Positions 35,631 through 56,150 of a DNA stretch of 64,000 bases are shown here, one piece after another; within the stretch, counting starts at the first letter, position 1, and each line of letters starts with the position of its first letter. Location: the NCBI RefSeq assembly GCF_009914755.1, contig NC_060926.1; one strand, 5' to 3'. Source of the DNA: the human T2T-CHM13v2.0 reference genome, Homo sapiens. The translations under genes and the position numbers were made by a program. The notes under the pieces were generated by a model. That model saw nothing but the letters and a program-made list of their open reading frames with translations. It was not told the origin of the DNA and ran no database searches.

Positions 35631-37244
35631 GCATTTTCTTTCAGACAACAATTTTAGAGATACATACCTACAGTGAGCATGAGAGGAAAATTTATGACTA
35701 TTATGTACAGAAACCAGGCAAATTATTAGAACTTTGGCTGATTTTCTTGGAAAATGAGTGAGGTGGGTCATGGAATGTTGGTAATAGAAGAATGGCCAAA
35801 ACTGGGATATCTTTTTTGCTCAGACTCTCCTACCATCATGCCAACTTGTAATCCATCTGGAGATGACAGTAGAAAGTCTTGGAATTTTCTGTAATGGGTT
35901 CTATCTGCTGTAAAATAACTTTGGCCCTTTTATGGAGATTTCTCTGGAAGAGACAAAATCAAGGGGAAACTATAGATGAGGCATTAATTAGTATTGCACT
36001 CTTACAGCCCCAGATTGGTTTCATAATGCTAATATAAGTGACCCCCTGGAGAATGAAAAGGTCATCAAAGAAATTTAGATAAATTCTTGTGGTCAGCCTG
36101 AAGTTCTAGAAAAGTTCTTTCACCCTTATGTTGGAACCAGGCAAGAACTTAATAAATGTTGTATTGATAGTAGGGCAGCAGGTACATCTATCTAGTCTGA
36201 GGATGTTGTTGCTGTTACAGCCAATTAGTTTATTCTAGACACACCATGTGACCCTTGAAACTAATCTATGTTATGTATTCAGATTTCTGAACCATTCACA
36301 GTCAGAGAGTCATGCACTTTTTAATCCCCAAAGCCATACAACAATTGGCTGATAATCAAGGTATGTGATAGACCTTCCACTTTTCCTATCATCCATCGGC
36401 ATCTGGTATTGTTAAATGTTGGAAGGGCTTCTTCAAAAATTAAAAAAAGTTTCCAACTCTGCCTCTCTCACCTCCTTCTGGTGCACACATATAAGTAAGA
36501 TGGTTTGGTCACTGAATGTGGCTTCTGCAGAAACTGATCATCTCCTCTCAGCCTCTATGTGGATAATAAGATGAAAGGGTTAAGATTTTATATAAACTTA
36601 TATTGAAAAATCAGTGTTCCACCATGACCATTTCTGGGCATAATGCGTTATTCTTTCTTATTACAGAAACCTCAGGCCAGCCTGATTGGTACATCCTCCA
36701 AATGGTAGTCCAGCTAAAGGGAGGCCTCAGGAATTTTTATTTAATTCTTGTATAGCTAACTGGATATGCTTGTTGGCTTCATTTGGTCCTACATTGTAAG
36801 AGTAGTAACCATTTAGTTGAGTACACAGCTTGCCAAGACCCCCTGCAATTGCCCAAATGTACCATTAATGTAGGGGACATAATGAGTCTCTGTAAATTTT
36901 ATAAAAATGCCCTTTTCTCCCTTATTCTGACCCTTCCCAACAAAAGATTTGGGTATGATAGAGGATGGTTAGAAAAAAAGTGAAATTATAGCTACCGGAA
37001 TGGAACACACTCTGCATTTCAGGTGCAGGAGTAAAATCAATGATCTTTCAGAACTTCCCCTGGAGCCTCCCACATAAAGAAAAGTCCTTGGTGTGAGTCT
37101 CTCAAACTGTGGTAAATGCTTTAAATGTAATTTCCTTCTGGCTTAACATTCTTCATCAGATGTCTCTGCCTGCATTTTGATCATCATTGCTTTTAACCTT
37201 GAGGAGAAGTTTATTAGAAACATCAGGGAAAGATCCTTTATCGC

Positions 37245-37246
<2 letters not shown>

Positions 37247-37288
<42 letters not shown>
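37247..37288. repeat. (CA)~21 microsatellite
   Basis: Uninterrupted CA run. Confidence 0.97.
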
Positions 37289-37292
<4 letters not shown>

Positions 37293-37627
37293 CCTATTAA
37301 CACCTTTGGGTGTCTTCTTTACCCCTCTTTCTATAACCATCAATCACTCATTCCATGGGGTGGATGAATGCCATGTAGTGGCTTGCATGGATAAATAGAT
37401 CAGATTGGACTGACTGTCCCCAAGCAGTTTCTCTAAAAAACAGCAATAATCTCAATTATCTGAACTGAACTGAGAACCCCAAGGCCAACTAGCTGGCCTG
37501 GAGGCCCTGTTGGAGACATTGCCAATCTGTTTCTTCTAACTGACATCGGTCCATTTTTGGGGTCACAGTCATCGTAAATAACATGTTCTTTCTAGGACCA
37601 TTGTGTGAACCCTTAAGACTATATGTC

Positions 37628-37922
37628 TTTTTTTTTTTTTTGAGACGGAGTCTTGCTCTGTCACACAGGCTGGAGAGCAATAGCGCAATCTTGGCTCACT
37701 GCAACCCCCACCTGCTGGGTTCAAGCAATTCTTCTGCCTCAGTCTCCTGAGTATCTGAGACTACAAGCACGTGCCACCATGCCCAGCTAATTTTTTGTAT
37801 TTTTAGTAGAGATGGGATTTCACCATGCTGGCCAGGCTGGTCTTGAACTCCTGACCTTGTGATCCGTCCACCTCGGCCTCCCAAAGTGCTGGGATTACAG
37901 GCATGAACCACTGCGCCCGGCC
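37628..37922 (-). mobile_element. AluS nested in the ERV env region
   Basis: Full Alu; TSD aagactatatgtctt / aagactgcatgtctt. Confidence 0.93.
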
Positions 37923-38102
37923 AAGACTGCATGTCTTATGTCCAAATCATGCATTATTTTCCCTCCCTATCCAAAATATAGTGACTTGAACCACAGGGAT
38001 GGTCATAAGAGACCTTTGAATGTTTAAGCAAACACCACCAGTAGATTATGTAAGCTTCAGACGATTTCGGAGAGAACTCCAAAATCTACACTTGGCTATG
38101 AG

Positions 38103-38575
38103 GATGAGCTTCCTGGAGGGATAATTGACTTATTAGTTTTGTGTGCCCTACAGGCAGTTATCCCTACAATGGTAATCATCAAATTAGAAAAATTGGTGAG
38201 AAATTTGCCCCTGAATTTAATCTAAAAGATTAATGATACAATTCCAGTCTTCTTTAGCCTCAGTTCATGGACTAAGGTTTTTATGGATGATAGGATTGCC
38301 CTCAGCTACCTCCTTGTGGTCCAAGGAAGAGACTGTGCAATTGCTTATATATCCTGCTGTACCTGATCTAATGCCTCCGGCCAAGTGGAAAGGTTAATAT
38401 AGAAACTTAAGGAGAAAGTCACATGGCTTTGTAAGGGAAACCTTTATGGTTTGGGGGATTTATTCAGTTTGTTGGGTTCAGCAGCTGAATACATCAGCAG
38501 TGTGGTTGAGGTATATACTGTAGATTGGTCCCATCCTTCTGCTTTGAGTCCTGTTGATAGTGACCTTAAGTAAAG
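38103..38575 (+). pseudogene. Decayed retroviral env TM subunit (gamma-type)
   Basis: One frame from 38103 with 3 stops: DELPGGIIDLLVLCALQAVIPTMVIIKLEKLVRNL...VFMDDRIALSYLLVVQGRDCAIAYISCCT*SNASGQVERLI*KLKEKVTWL. A frameshifted anchor WLRYIL*IGPILLL*VLLIVTL follows. Confidence 0.85.
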
Positions 38576-38738
38576 ACATGTATGAGACAAAGTGGATGAA
38601 CTTTTTTCCAGCATCTGTTGGTTAGATTTATCCGTGACTGATGGCGTATTTATGGGAAAATTAGTCAGAGAAAAGATGATGTCAAGACAAGCTGTGGCTA
38701 TTGTTGATGACTGTTCTCAGTTGATTCTGCTGTCACTA

Positions 38739-41960
<3,222 letters not shown>

Positions 41961-42371
41961 TTAGTATAAATGAATTTTATCATGATCTACTCTTCTGAAT
42001 ATTACCCATAAAATATACCATATATGATGAGAGAAAATGAGTATATGTGTCTGAGAAATAGAAATAGTCTCCATGAGTGTTAAAAATAATCCAAAATAAT
42101 AATCATATTTTATTTATTATTTATTATATGTATACATTAATATATACATTTTACATATTTATTTTCCCCAATTATACTGGACTTCATGTAATGATGAATT
42201 TGGTTTTAGTTCCTGAGTTTGATTTGGATGAGTGTTGCAGTGGGGAGCAGGGGAGGTGTGAGCTTGGGGTGGTGCGAGCTTGGGGTGGTGCTGAAGGCAG
42301 TGACTGGGACATTTTAAGCTCAGGGTCGTGGTAATACATGTTCATGGTAATACATGTCTCTGATTTTTTAG

Positions 42372-42510
42372 ACACCCCATCACAGAGGGTACAGTTTATT
42401 CTTGGAACCGAGGATGATGACGAGGAACACATTCCTCATGACCTTTTCACAGAACTGGATGAGATTTGTTGGCGTGAAGGTGAGGACGCTGAGTGGCGAG
42501 AAACAGCCAG
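42372..42510 (+). CDS. SLC4A10: SLC4A10 internal coding exon (139 nt, phase 1-2; probably exon 4)
   Basis: Acceptor gattttttag|ACACCC and donor CAGCCAG|gtgagg. Translates (D)TPSQRVQFILGTEDDDEEHIPHDLFTELDEICWREGEDAEWRETA(R), containing the SLC4 signature LFTELDE...EWRETARW. Not in the ORF track. Confidence 0.96.
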
Positions 42511-43649
42511 GTGAGGATTTTTGTTAAAGGGTGAAGGTATACTAAAGAATTTTCATGTTACTAGAAAAAGAGATTTCTAATGCAACAATTTTGCAAACAT
42601 CTATGATTGCTGCTGATTTTAGAAGTTGCTCATCTAGCCTGAGCATATCCTATAACGGGATATGGGTCAGAAAGAAATCTGAAGGCAGTAATTACAGTAA
42701 ACGGTGATGCAGAGCCAGCAACAGCTGCAGTCTTAAAGATAAACAGTAACATAATTTGTGTGTCATCAACAAAACAAAAGAAATCTAAAAGTAGTTTATT
42801 TCTATTTTTTCAGCTGCTGGCTTGCACCTAAATTTATGATAGTATATGATAACTTGAAAGTGGGCTTTTTTTAAAAGAAAGGGCAAATATTATGATAAAA
42901 TGCTTTATGTACAGTCCTGGATTTCATGTGCTCTTTCATGAGGATAAAAATAATTTGTAATATGTTTCTAGGATATGCATACATTTAAGCATAGTGGTTT
43001 TTAAAAATATCTTTTAAAATCACTTTTTCTATCATTTGTAATTAAGATTTTTACATTGCTATATAATTGATAGAGTTCTGTAAAGTTGGAATTAAATTTT
43101 GTGTTTACTTTTCATTCATTCTTTCTGATTTGCTCAGTTAACAAACATTTATGGAGTGTCCATTATGTGCCAAGTGCAATGGATATGGCACAACAACAAA
43201 AATCTTAGATCTTGCCTTTAGGGATCTTGCAGTCTAATTTAGACAAGAAAACAAAGTTGTAAATGCTGTATAATGAAAGCTGTGATACAGGTGTGCACAA
43301 GAAACTGTGGGCACACCCAGGGTTGTCATTTACCCACTTTTTCACAAATTTTAATGTGACTACCAATCACCTGGAATATTGTTTAAAATGTAGACTTAGT
43401 AGGCCTCAGGCATAGTCAGACCATGAGGATGTCGTGTAAAATGTTTTGGGTTTGAGAACCAAACTTTGAGTAGCAGTTATCTAAACCACGAGGTGAAAGA
43501 GAGGATCAGGGTAGCTTCCCTGGAGGAGGCGATTCTTGAGCTAGCTCTTGTGAGTTGGGTTGGAGTTAGCTAGGCGGAAAAGCAGAGGGGACAGTATTCT
43601 AGGCAGAGATAGCAGGACGTGCTTAAATATATCATTGACACAGGTTTAG

Positions 43650-43960
43650 TGTTTATTTATTTATTTATTTATTTGTCTGAGACAGAGTCTCACTCTGTCC
43701 CCCAGGGTGGAGTGCAGTGACGAGATCTTGGCTCATTGCAACCTCTGCCTCCCTGGTTCAAGCCATTCTCCTGCCCCAGCCTCCCTAGTAGCTGAGACCA
43801 CAGTCATCTGCCACCGCGCCCAGCTAATTTTTGTATTTTTAGTAGAGACAGGGTTTCACCATGTTGGCCAGGCTGGTCTCGAACTCCTGACCTCAAGTCC
43901 TCTACCTGCCTCAGCCTCCCAAAGTGCTGGGATTGCAGGTGTGAACCACCATGCCCCTGC
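43650..43960 (-). mobile_element. AluS within an L2 relic
   Basis: Full Alu with a (TTTA)n tail; TSD tgacacaggttt at 43636-43647 and 43961-43972. Confidence 0.93.
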
Positions 43961-44339
43961 TGACACAGGTTTTATTGTTTTGTTAGGCTATCTCTTCCAC
44001 TGTAGGACAGCATTATTATTAGAAAGACTTTATCTTAAGCATATTTATTAGTGGTCCTCAGATTGCAATTGCTGTCTGAAAGCCACAGTAATTCCATTGG
44101 ATCATGTTAAACTTGTAGCTGCATTTATTCATTGACTTTACTCAGTGTAGAAATAAATGCTCAATTATGAAAAAGAATGTTGTGAATAACAATGGCCCAG
44201 TTAATTCTTGTTTGATATATTTTCAGTGGTCTTTACAGCTCTCCTTTATTTAAAAAACACTAAAAACGAGACAACCAAAATGGTTACCAACTAGTTTATC
44301 CTTATTAACATTTTAAAGTAAATAAAACTAATAACTGCC

Positions 44340-45100
44340 AGTATTTAAAATTCACAAGGTATAGGATGGCAGAAAAGTAAAAATACTTCTCTATGCTTAT
44401 TCACAGTATCTCTTTTCAAAAGTAATCACTGTTAATCTTTTCTGTGCATCTTTCCCCCAAAATTTAATAGCTAAATCTGCGTGTAAATATATGCCCTTTT
44501 AAATTTACACAATAGGGATTATATAATATACAGTGTTCATATCTTATCTTTTCCACTTCATATATTTGGAACATTTTCCATATCAGCAATTCAAATTTAT
44601 ATCATCTATTTGATGATTGCATTGCATTCAATTATATGGATGAACTTTCATTTATTTATTTATCAGTTAGTCTTGATAGACATTTAGGTTATTTATTTTT
44701 TTCCATAAAAACCACTGCAGTGATTGCTCACACAAATATTTTGTCATTATTTTGTAGGTATTTCTGTAAAGTGAATTTCTAACAATGGCAACATATGTAG
44801 CAAAGAGAGCAGACATTTTTTCCTTTGATAAATACTGTAAACTTACCTTCATAAAATGTTTTTCTAATTTACACTTCTATCAACAGTGTATGAGAGTGCT
44901 TATTTCCTCCACATCCTTTCACAGTAAATTATCAAACTGCTTAAAATGTCTTTTCCAGTTTTATAAATAAAACATAAATCTCATTGTTTTAATTTGATTA
45001 TTCAAATTATTAGTGAGGTACAACATCTTTTCCTATGTTTTTATTTTTTTCATGTGAACGAACTATTCATTTCCTTTATTTGTTCTATATAAATCATTCA
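44340..45100 (-). mobile_element. Ancient L1ME-like fragment
   Basis: aatttacacttctatcaacagtgtatgagagtgc and tctcattgttttaatttg. Confidence 0.65.
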
Positions 45101-48100
45101 TTATTTTCTTTGTTTGCCTTTTGGAACACTTTAAATTGGTGGCATGTTATTCAGTATGAACTAACCTTTTTAATAAAATAATTTACATAAGTTTCCTCAT
45201 GATGTTTTGTATTGTAATACTTTAAATATAGACTTAAATTTAAAATAGTTTTTATTTAACCTGGTACATATTAAGATTAAGAGACTTCTACCTTACTTTT
45301 TGTCCCAACTGCATCAAAAACTACGTAGTAGTTTTAAAAATGTGTAATATATGTGCTCATCTTCTTTATTTGGTGACAGAAAGGGAATATAAGATCATTT
45401 TTTCCACAGATTAGTGATATAACTTGCTCTTTTATGATTTTGATAAGTTAAAGTTCCTCCCTCCCTGTTTAAGACCAGAAGCATCTGTCTGCCACGAGTT
45501 ACAAGGAACAGATGTTCCTATGTGACTTGAAGGAAGGCGATCTGGTGATTGTGATGACTAGACAGCTCTGGTTAGTTAGAGTCTCTTTAACCTATTGCTA
45601 AGAAGTATTTTGTTGAAGCATTTATTTTAGAGTTCCTTCTTTACCCTCATACTACATAATAGAGCTGAAAAGTAAAATTGGAATATATATTTGGGCAAGA
45701 GTAACTCACTTATTCTTACAGTGATTGGTGATTTTTCATCTTACAGATCAAATAGTGACCCATTCATTTTAACCAATAATTTCTTGTAACTTGCCCACTC
45801 TCATAAAGCTAGGAGATTGCAGAAGCGATACTAGAATATAGCACTCTCACTTTGTTACAGTTGAGCAGGTAGGTTTTTGTTATGCTCTAATGGATTAACT
45901 CAATAACATGTTTGTCCTAAACCATCAAAATATATTGCTGTTGATTTATAAAGAATAAAAAGATAGTCCATTTAATTATACACATTCTCTAATATTATTA
46001 GATGGACCTATGTTTGTAGCCAAGCTTCTAGAATCTAATGCATGCTATAGCTGTTTGAGCTTCAGGGAGACATCTGATGAGCAATGGAAATAATAACAGA
46101 TATTGAAGGGGAGGGTAGATGAATTTTAACAGAGACACAATGATTCAGGGAAGGGCAGAACATATTTATTGAGGATTTCGAAAAGTAACAGGTTTTAAAG
46201 TGGCAGAAGTAATTTTGTTCTGATTGCCCTAATTCATCTAAAAACGCTAATTTTTGTTAATTCATGACTCCATCTGATTTTTCACATGCAATTTAATTCT
46301 AGAAAATCATTAGCATCACCATTTAAAGCACTTCTTTCTTTTGATTAGTATTCCAGATGGGATTAATAATTTTCTACCCTCACAGCAGAAACAAAAAGAT
46401 ATTTTATCAGCTCATTCCACCTGTCACGTATCACATCTTGCATAATTTATGCCCACTGTCATTGCCAAGTAAAACTTAAGCAAAGTTTTAGGTTTTGAAG
46501 CTAAATTTTTGAATCATAATTATTTAATAAATGTTCGTAAAAACCAGCTGGTCACTTTTAAAAACCCTAAAAGAAGCCATATGAAGAGACTAATGAAATC
46601 AACACAATTACAATGTCCTGCTTATAAATAACATGTAATGTTATTAATAGAAAAGTGAGCAAAGCTACCACAGCTGTGCAGTTGTGGCGACAACATGTTT
46701 GACTCACTGTAGTTACCCTTTATAAAAGCTTCCCACTAATGAACTCAGAAGAGGCAAAGCAGGGGGTAGCGTTAGGCTTCTGATACATACATACATGGCA
46801 GAATAGAAAAGGATTATTACATCAGAACAATTTTATTGATGCTGTGAAGGCATTTGATCTTCAAAATTAGTAATGGTTTAAGTCATCTGGATTTTTTACG
46901 GGAAAATAATGTGGATTAAGAACAGGTGTGAAAATAATATGGATTAAGAACAGTTAATGTCTATAAACACTAGGTTTGGATGTATATCATTTCCCCTTAA
47001 GATGACTATAGGTATTCTTTGATTACATGTTATTCTCTAGCTCCACCCCAGCCATGTCCCCCAACTATCCTAAAAGAGGATGTTTTTTTCTTGAGACATC
47101 CATTATTTCCCCGAAGGCTATAATTTTGGATGATATAATAACTCCTTTTGGATGATAGACTTACTCTTTTTTTGTTTGGGTAGAATGAGAGGATTAAAAA
47201 TCTTAGAAAAGTTAAACTGAGTTAGTGAGAATAGAACACCCAGAAAGAGTTAAGTTCTCTAGAAAAAACCTTCTCTAGAAGCACCTAATTGGCAGAATAA
47301 TTTTATTCTGTATATTTTAATAGGAGTATTGTAGAGGAGATTATAATAAACTTAATCCTCAAAGAATTCATGAAACACCTATTTAATGTTGCTTAGTGGA
47401 AAGAGACTCCAATGTGCTAATCTTGGATGAAAACAGATCCAGACATACTGAAGGAAATGAAAATAATCTTCTCAGGGTTTAAATCCACCCCTCTCTCCCC
47501 ACAGAAAAGGTCGTGCAATTGGCCAACAGTTTTATTTATTTATTTTTTAGCATTATCCCTCACATCTCATTCATGCTTTGAAACTCTTGTTTGCCTTGGT
47601 TTGCTGTTCAAACAAATGTCAGCAGAGTTTATTTGAAAACTGGAACAAATTGCAGCACTTTAGGTCATTAACTGCAATCAGGCATTTTGCAACTGACAGT
47701 ATATTCAGTGATTACAAATCTTGAAACAGTGTCTGGTGTGCTCCCAGATCTGTTCATGTCTATCTTTGAAGGATGAAATGGGATTTAAAAGAACAGAAAA
47801 GAGAGATATAGTTATGTATTTATGTGTATGTATTATTTTTAATAGTCTCTTTAACAATATTCATTTAAATATCTCTTAAAGAATTGGCATCATTCTGGAG
47901 CTGGCATAGAGCACTGAATCTTGAAATGTTTAGTATCTTTAGTAACTTGATATTTGTAACATGTGGGCACCTTTTTATGGAAAGTACCTTCTGCCTCCTC
48001 CTATAATACTCATAAAACCTATGGGTACATCAAACCATCCATGCATATAACTTATATTTGGTCATCTTAACTAACAAACTGTTTGGAACTCCCTGAAGTT

Positions 48101-48214
48101 CCAAACTCTCTGAAAAGAACTCCATTCTTTTCTCAGAGAATTAAGCCCTCAACTTGAAGAAAATTATTCTAAAGGAAGGAAGAATAATTGGATTTTTTAA
48201 AATGTCATTTCAGA

Positions 48215-49530
48215 CACATAAATCACTGGAACGGAATAGAGAACTAAGAAATAGACCAGCACAAGTAAAGCTTACTGATTTTTGACAAAAGACAAAAACT
48301 ATTAAATGAAGGAAAAATAATCTTTTTGAAAAATAATGTTGGAGCAATTAGACACCTACAGGCAAAAAATTAGCCTTGATATAAACCTCACCATGTACAT
48401 AAAAATTAATTTAAAATAGTTTATAGATTTAAATTTGAAACATAAAGCCATGAAATTTTTAGAAGAAAATATTAGATAAAATCTTCAGGACCTAGGGCTA
48501 GGTGGCAAGTTTTTAGACATAACACCAAAAGCGCAATTCGTAAAAGGAAATATTTATAGATTGAACTTTACCAAAATTAAAATGTTTGTGCTGTGAAAGA
48601 TTCTGTTAAGTGGATGAAAAGGCAAGCTACAGACAGAAAGTATTTGTAAACCAGATATTCAACAAAAGTGTTATATGTAGAACATATAAAGAACTCTCAA
48701 AGTTCAACAGTATGAAAATAAATCAACTAGAAAAGTGGGCAAAAGGCACAAACAGACATTTCACCAAAGAAGAGATACATATGGCGAATAGCACATGGAA
48801 AAATGTTCAATATCATTAGTCATCAGGAAAATGCAAATTAGAACTGCTCTGAGATATTACTGCATACCTAATAGAATAGTAAAAATGAAAAAATAGTCAT
48901 AATAACAAATGTTGGTGAGGATTTGAAAAAACTAGATCTTTCATACATTGCTGGTGTGAATGTAAAATGGTAGAGCCACTTATGGAAAACAGTTTGACAG
49001 TTTCTGATAAAACTAAACATGCATTTACTATATGATCCAGCAATTGGACTCTTGGGCATTTATCCCAGAGTAATGAAAACATGTTCACACAAAGACCTCT
49101 GCATGAGTGTTCACAGCAAATTTATTTGTAATGGCAAAACCTGCAAACAACCTGAATGTCCCCCATGGGTGACTGATTAAACAAACTGATACATCCATCT
49201 TTATAATGGAATATTACTCTGCAATAAAAAGGAACAAACTACTGATACACACAATAACTTGAATGTATATCAAGGGCATTATGCTTAGTAAAAAAGTGTC
49301 AATCTCAAAAGGTTGCAAACTATATGATTCCATTTATATAACACCGTCAAAATAACAAAAGTATGGTGATGAAGAATAGATTAGTGGTTTCCAGGGGACA
49401 GAAATAGAGTGAGGATTGAGAATATAAAGGTGCAGCACAAGGGATTTCTTTTGTGGTGATGGAACAGCTTCGTATGTTGATTGTGGTAGAGGTTACATCT
49501 ATCTATACATGGGATAAAAATGCATAGAAT
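48215..49530 (+). mobile_element. L1MC/MD-like 3' fragment
   Basis: ORF2 C-terminal remnant (KWAKGTNRHFTKEEIHMAN) and 3' UTR. Confidence 0.8.
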
Positions 49531-49533
49531 GGA

Positions 49534-49831
49534 GGCAGGGCATGGTGGCTCATGCCTGTAATCCCAGCACTTTGGGTGGTCAGCTAAGGCAGGAGGATTA
49601 CTTGAGGCCAGGAGTTCAAGACCAGCCTGGGTAACATAGTGAGACCCCCATCTCTATTAAAAAAATACAAAAAAAAAAAAGCCAGACATAGTACCTGGCT
49701 ATGTAGTCCCAGCTACTTGGAAGGCTGAGGTGGAAGGATCATCTGAACCCAGGAGGTTGTGGCTGCAGTGAGCTGTGATTGCACCACAGCACTCCAGTCT
49801 GGATGACAGAGTGAGACTATGTCTCAAAAAA
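49534..49831 (+). mobile_element. AluJ-like
   Basis: Diverged Alu dimer flanked by aatgcatagaa on both sides. Confidence 0.9.
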
Positions 49832-49917
49832 GTTTTTTTTAATGCATAGAACTGCACACACACACACATACACACACACACACACAGCAACACACAGAGC
49901 CCACATCTTATCAGTAT

Positions 49918-54120
<4,203 letters not shown>

Positions 54121-54466
54121 TTTAGCATTCTTAAAATTTAAAATTTTACTTTCAAAGGAGCCAAGATGAAATGATTTAGATGCTTTGTCACTTATTTAGT
54201 CATCTTCACTGTTATCCAGAAGTAAATTTTAACTATAAATTTTATTATAAGAAAGGGTTTTATCATTCTATATAGATCAAGAGGCCCAGGAGTATTTTAA
54301 AAGTGAATTTGTTATTAATGTTATTACAGCTTACAAACAATATTATTGTATGGGTAAGTTTATAGAGTTACACTTAAGTAGTTAAGAAACAATATGATTT
54401 TTTAGTAATGTACGAAGACTTTTCAGGATTTTGTACTTGAGTATAATTTTTGGAGATTACATTTAA

Positions 54467-54703
<237 letters not shown>

Positions 54704-55755
54704 TAGAATCAATTGTATAAACAGGGATGACAGAAAGTACCATAGTTCTAGAAACCTTAATTGAGGACATTTTCCATAGAGAAAAACCTGTATTTCCTTA
54801 AATAGCATTACACCCTTTTAAAACTCTAGGTTTTCTTTACCACCAAATAGACTAGAAAGTAAATTTCCAATTTAACAAAGTTCTTCAGTCAAAATAACAC
54901 CAGCATACATGCTATTATATAGTCTCCCTTCCTTTTGCTCTTTTTATCTGAAATCCACAGCATATGTCAGTAGATTATAATTTAATTAGAAGATTTAATA
55001 AAAGTTGTATCCACTCCCCTGATGCCACTTCCTTATGGAAAGTTTCATTATAGCCCTTCCACAGAATAGTATGTTTGAGTCTTATTCACAAAGGAAAACC
55101 ATCTATTTTTATCTAGCACAGTAGGCAATAAAGAAAACAAATTGGAATAATATAAAAGAAAAAGTGAGAACAAAGAACATTTTGCAACTTAAGATTGGCT
55201 CCAGACATGGATGAAAATTAAATGTTAAATCAGTTGTTTCTGCTATAAGCATTAGCATAAGATCTTTGAACTGAAAAGGACTATAAATTCAATTCAAATT
55301 ACTATATTATGGTGGGAAATGGGCACAGACTCTGGAGAAAAACAAAATTTTAAAAAAAACTTAGAGTTGGATCCTGGCTTGACAAGGTCACTGGCTAGGT
55401 GATCTTTGGAAAATTATTTAATGTGTTTAATTTGTCTCATCATTTTACCTGTGAGAAAACTGACCCAGAGAAGTTAAAAGACTTTCCTTTTATTACATGG
55501 TGGTTTAGCTGTATAGAAAAAATATAAATGTCTTTTTATTCTCAACTAGTTGAAGACACTTTATGTAATACTATTCCATTAAAATGTCTGCCAAGAGGTT
55601 GTTCCTTTGTGATATTGAAATCATAATGTGACTATGGCCTTATTCTCATATCTGACAAGAAATAGTAATTTATATTTATTAAAATCATATTTACTTTCAC
55701 CATTAATTCTGATTAGGATTTTTATGCTGATATGATTAACGAAAATGGTGATCTA

Positions 55756-56150
55756 TGTCAGTTGGGATAGGCTAAATTATGCTATAAAAAATACCCTGCA
55801 ATCTCAGTGGCTTAAACCCATTTATTTATGGCTCACAATTCATGTCCATCATGAATCATTGGGGTTTTGCTCATCTGTTCATTGTATTAAATAGTGACTT
55901 AGAAACCTCAGCTGATAGATCAGTCTTCACCTTGAACTTTGCTTGTTGCATGTCAAGGAAAGGATGAGCTCCAGAGGATATCCTCTTGCCAATTAAATAC
56001 TCCAGTCTGAAAGTGACACACACATAATTTCTGTTCCCACCTCATTTCCAGATTTAATCACAGACACATGGACTCACCCAATTAAAAGGGAGCCAGGTAG
56101 TGATGTTCTACACTTTCCTAGGAAGAGAGGGAGAACCAGTTATGACATGA
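55756..56150. mobile_element. Old MLT1 (K/L-like) LTR
   Basis: tgtcagttgggataggcta...aatctcagtggcttaaa...gaagtgacacac-like motifs. Confidence 0.6.

Noticed and set aside
38103-38575. Functional syncytin-like gene
   Set aside because: There are in-frame stops, a frameshift before the anchor, Alu and (CA)n insertions in SU, and no recognisable furin site. It is reported only as a fossil.
42077-42432. ORFs 42077-42334 (+) and 42184-42432 (-) as extra exons or an antisense gene
   Set aside because: No homology or splice support. The minus-strand ORF is the shadow of the real exon and the G-rich tract.
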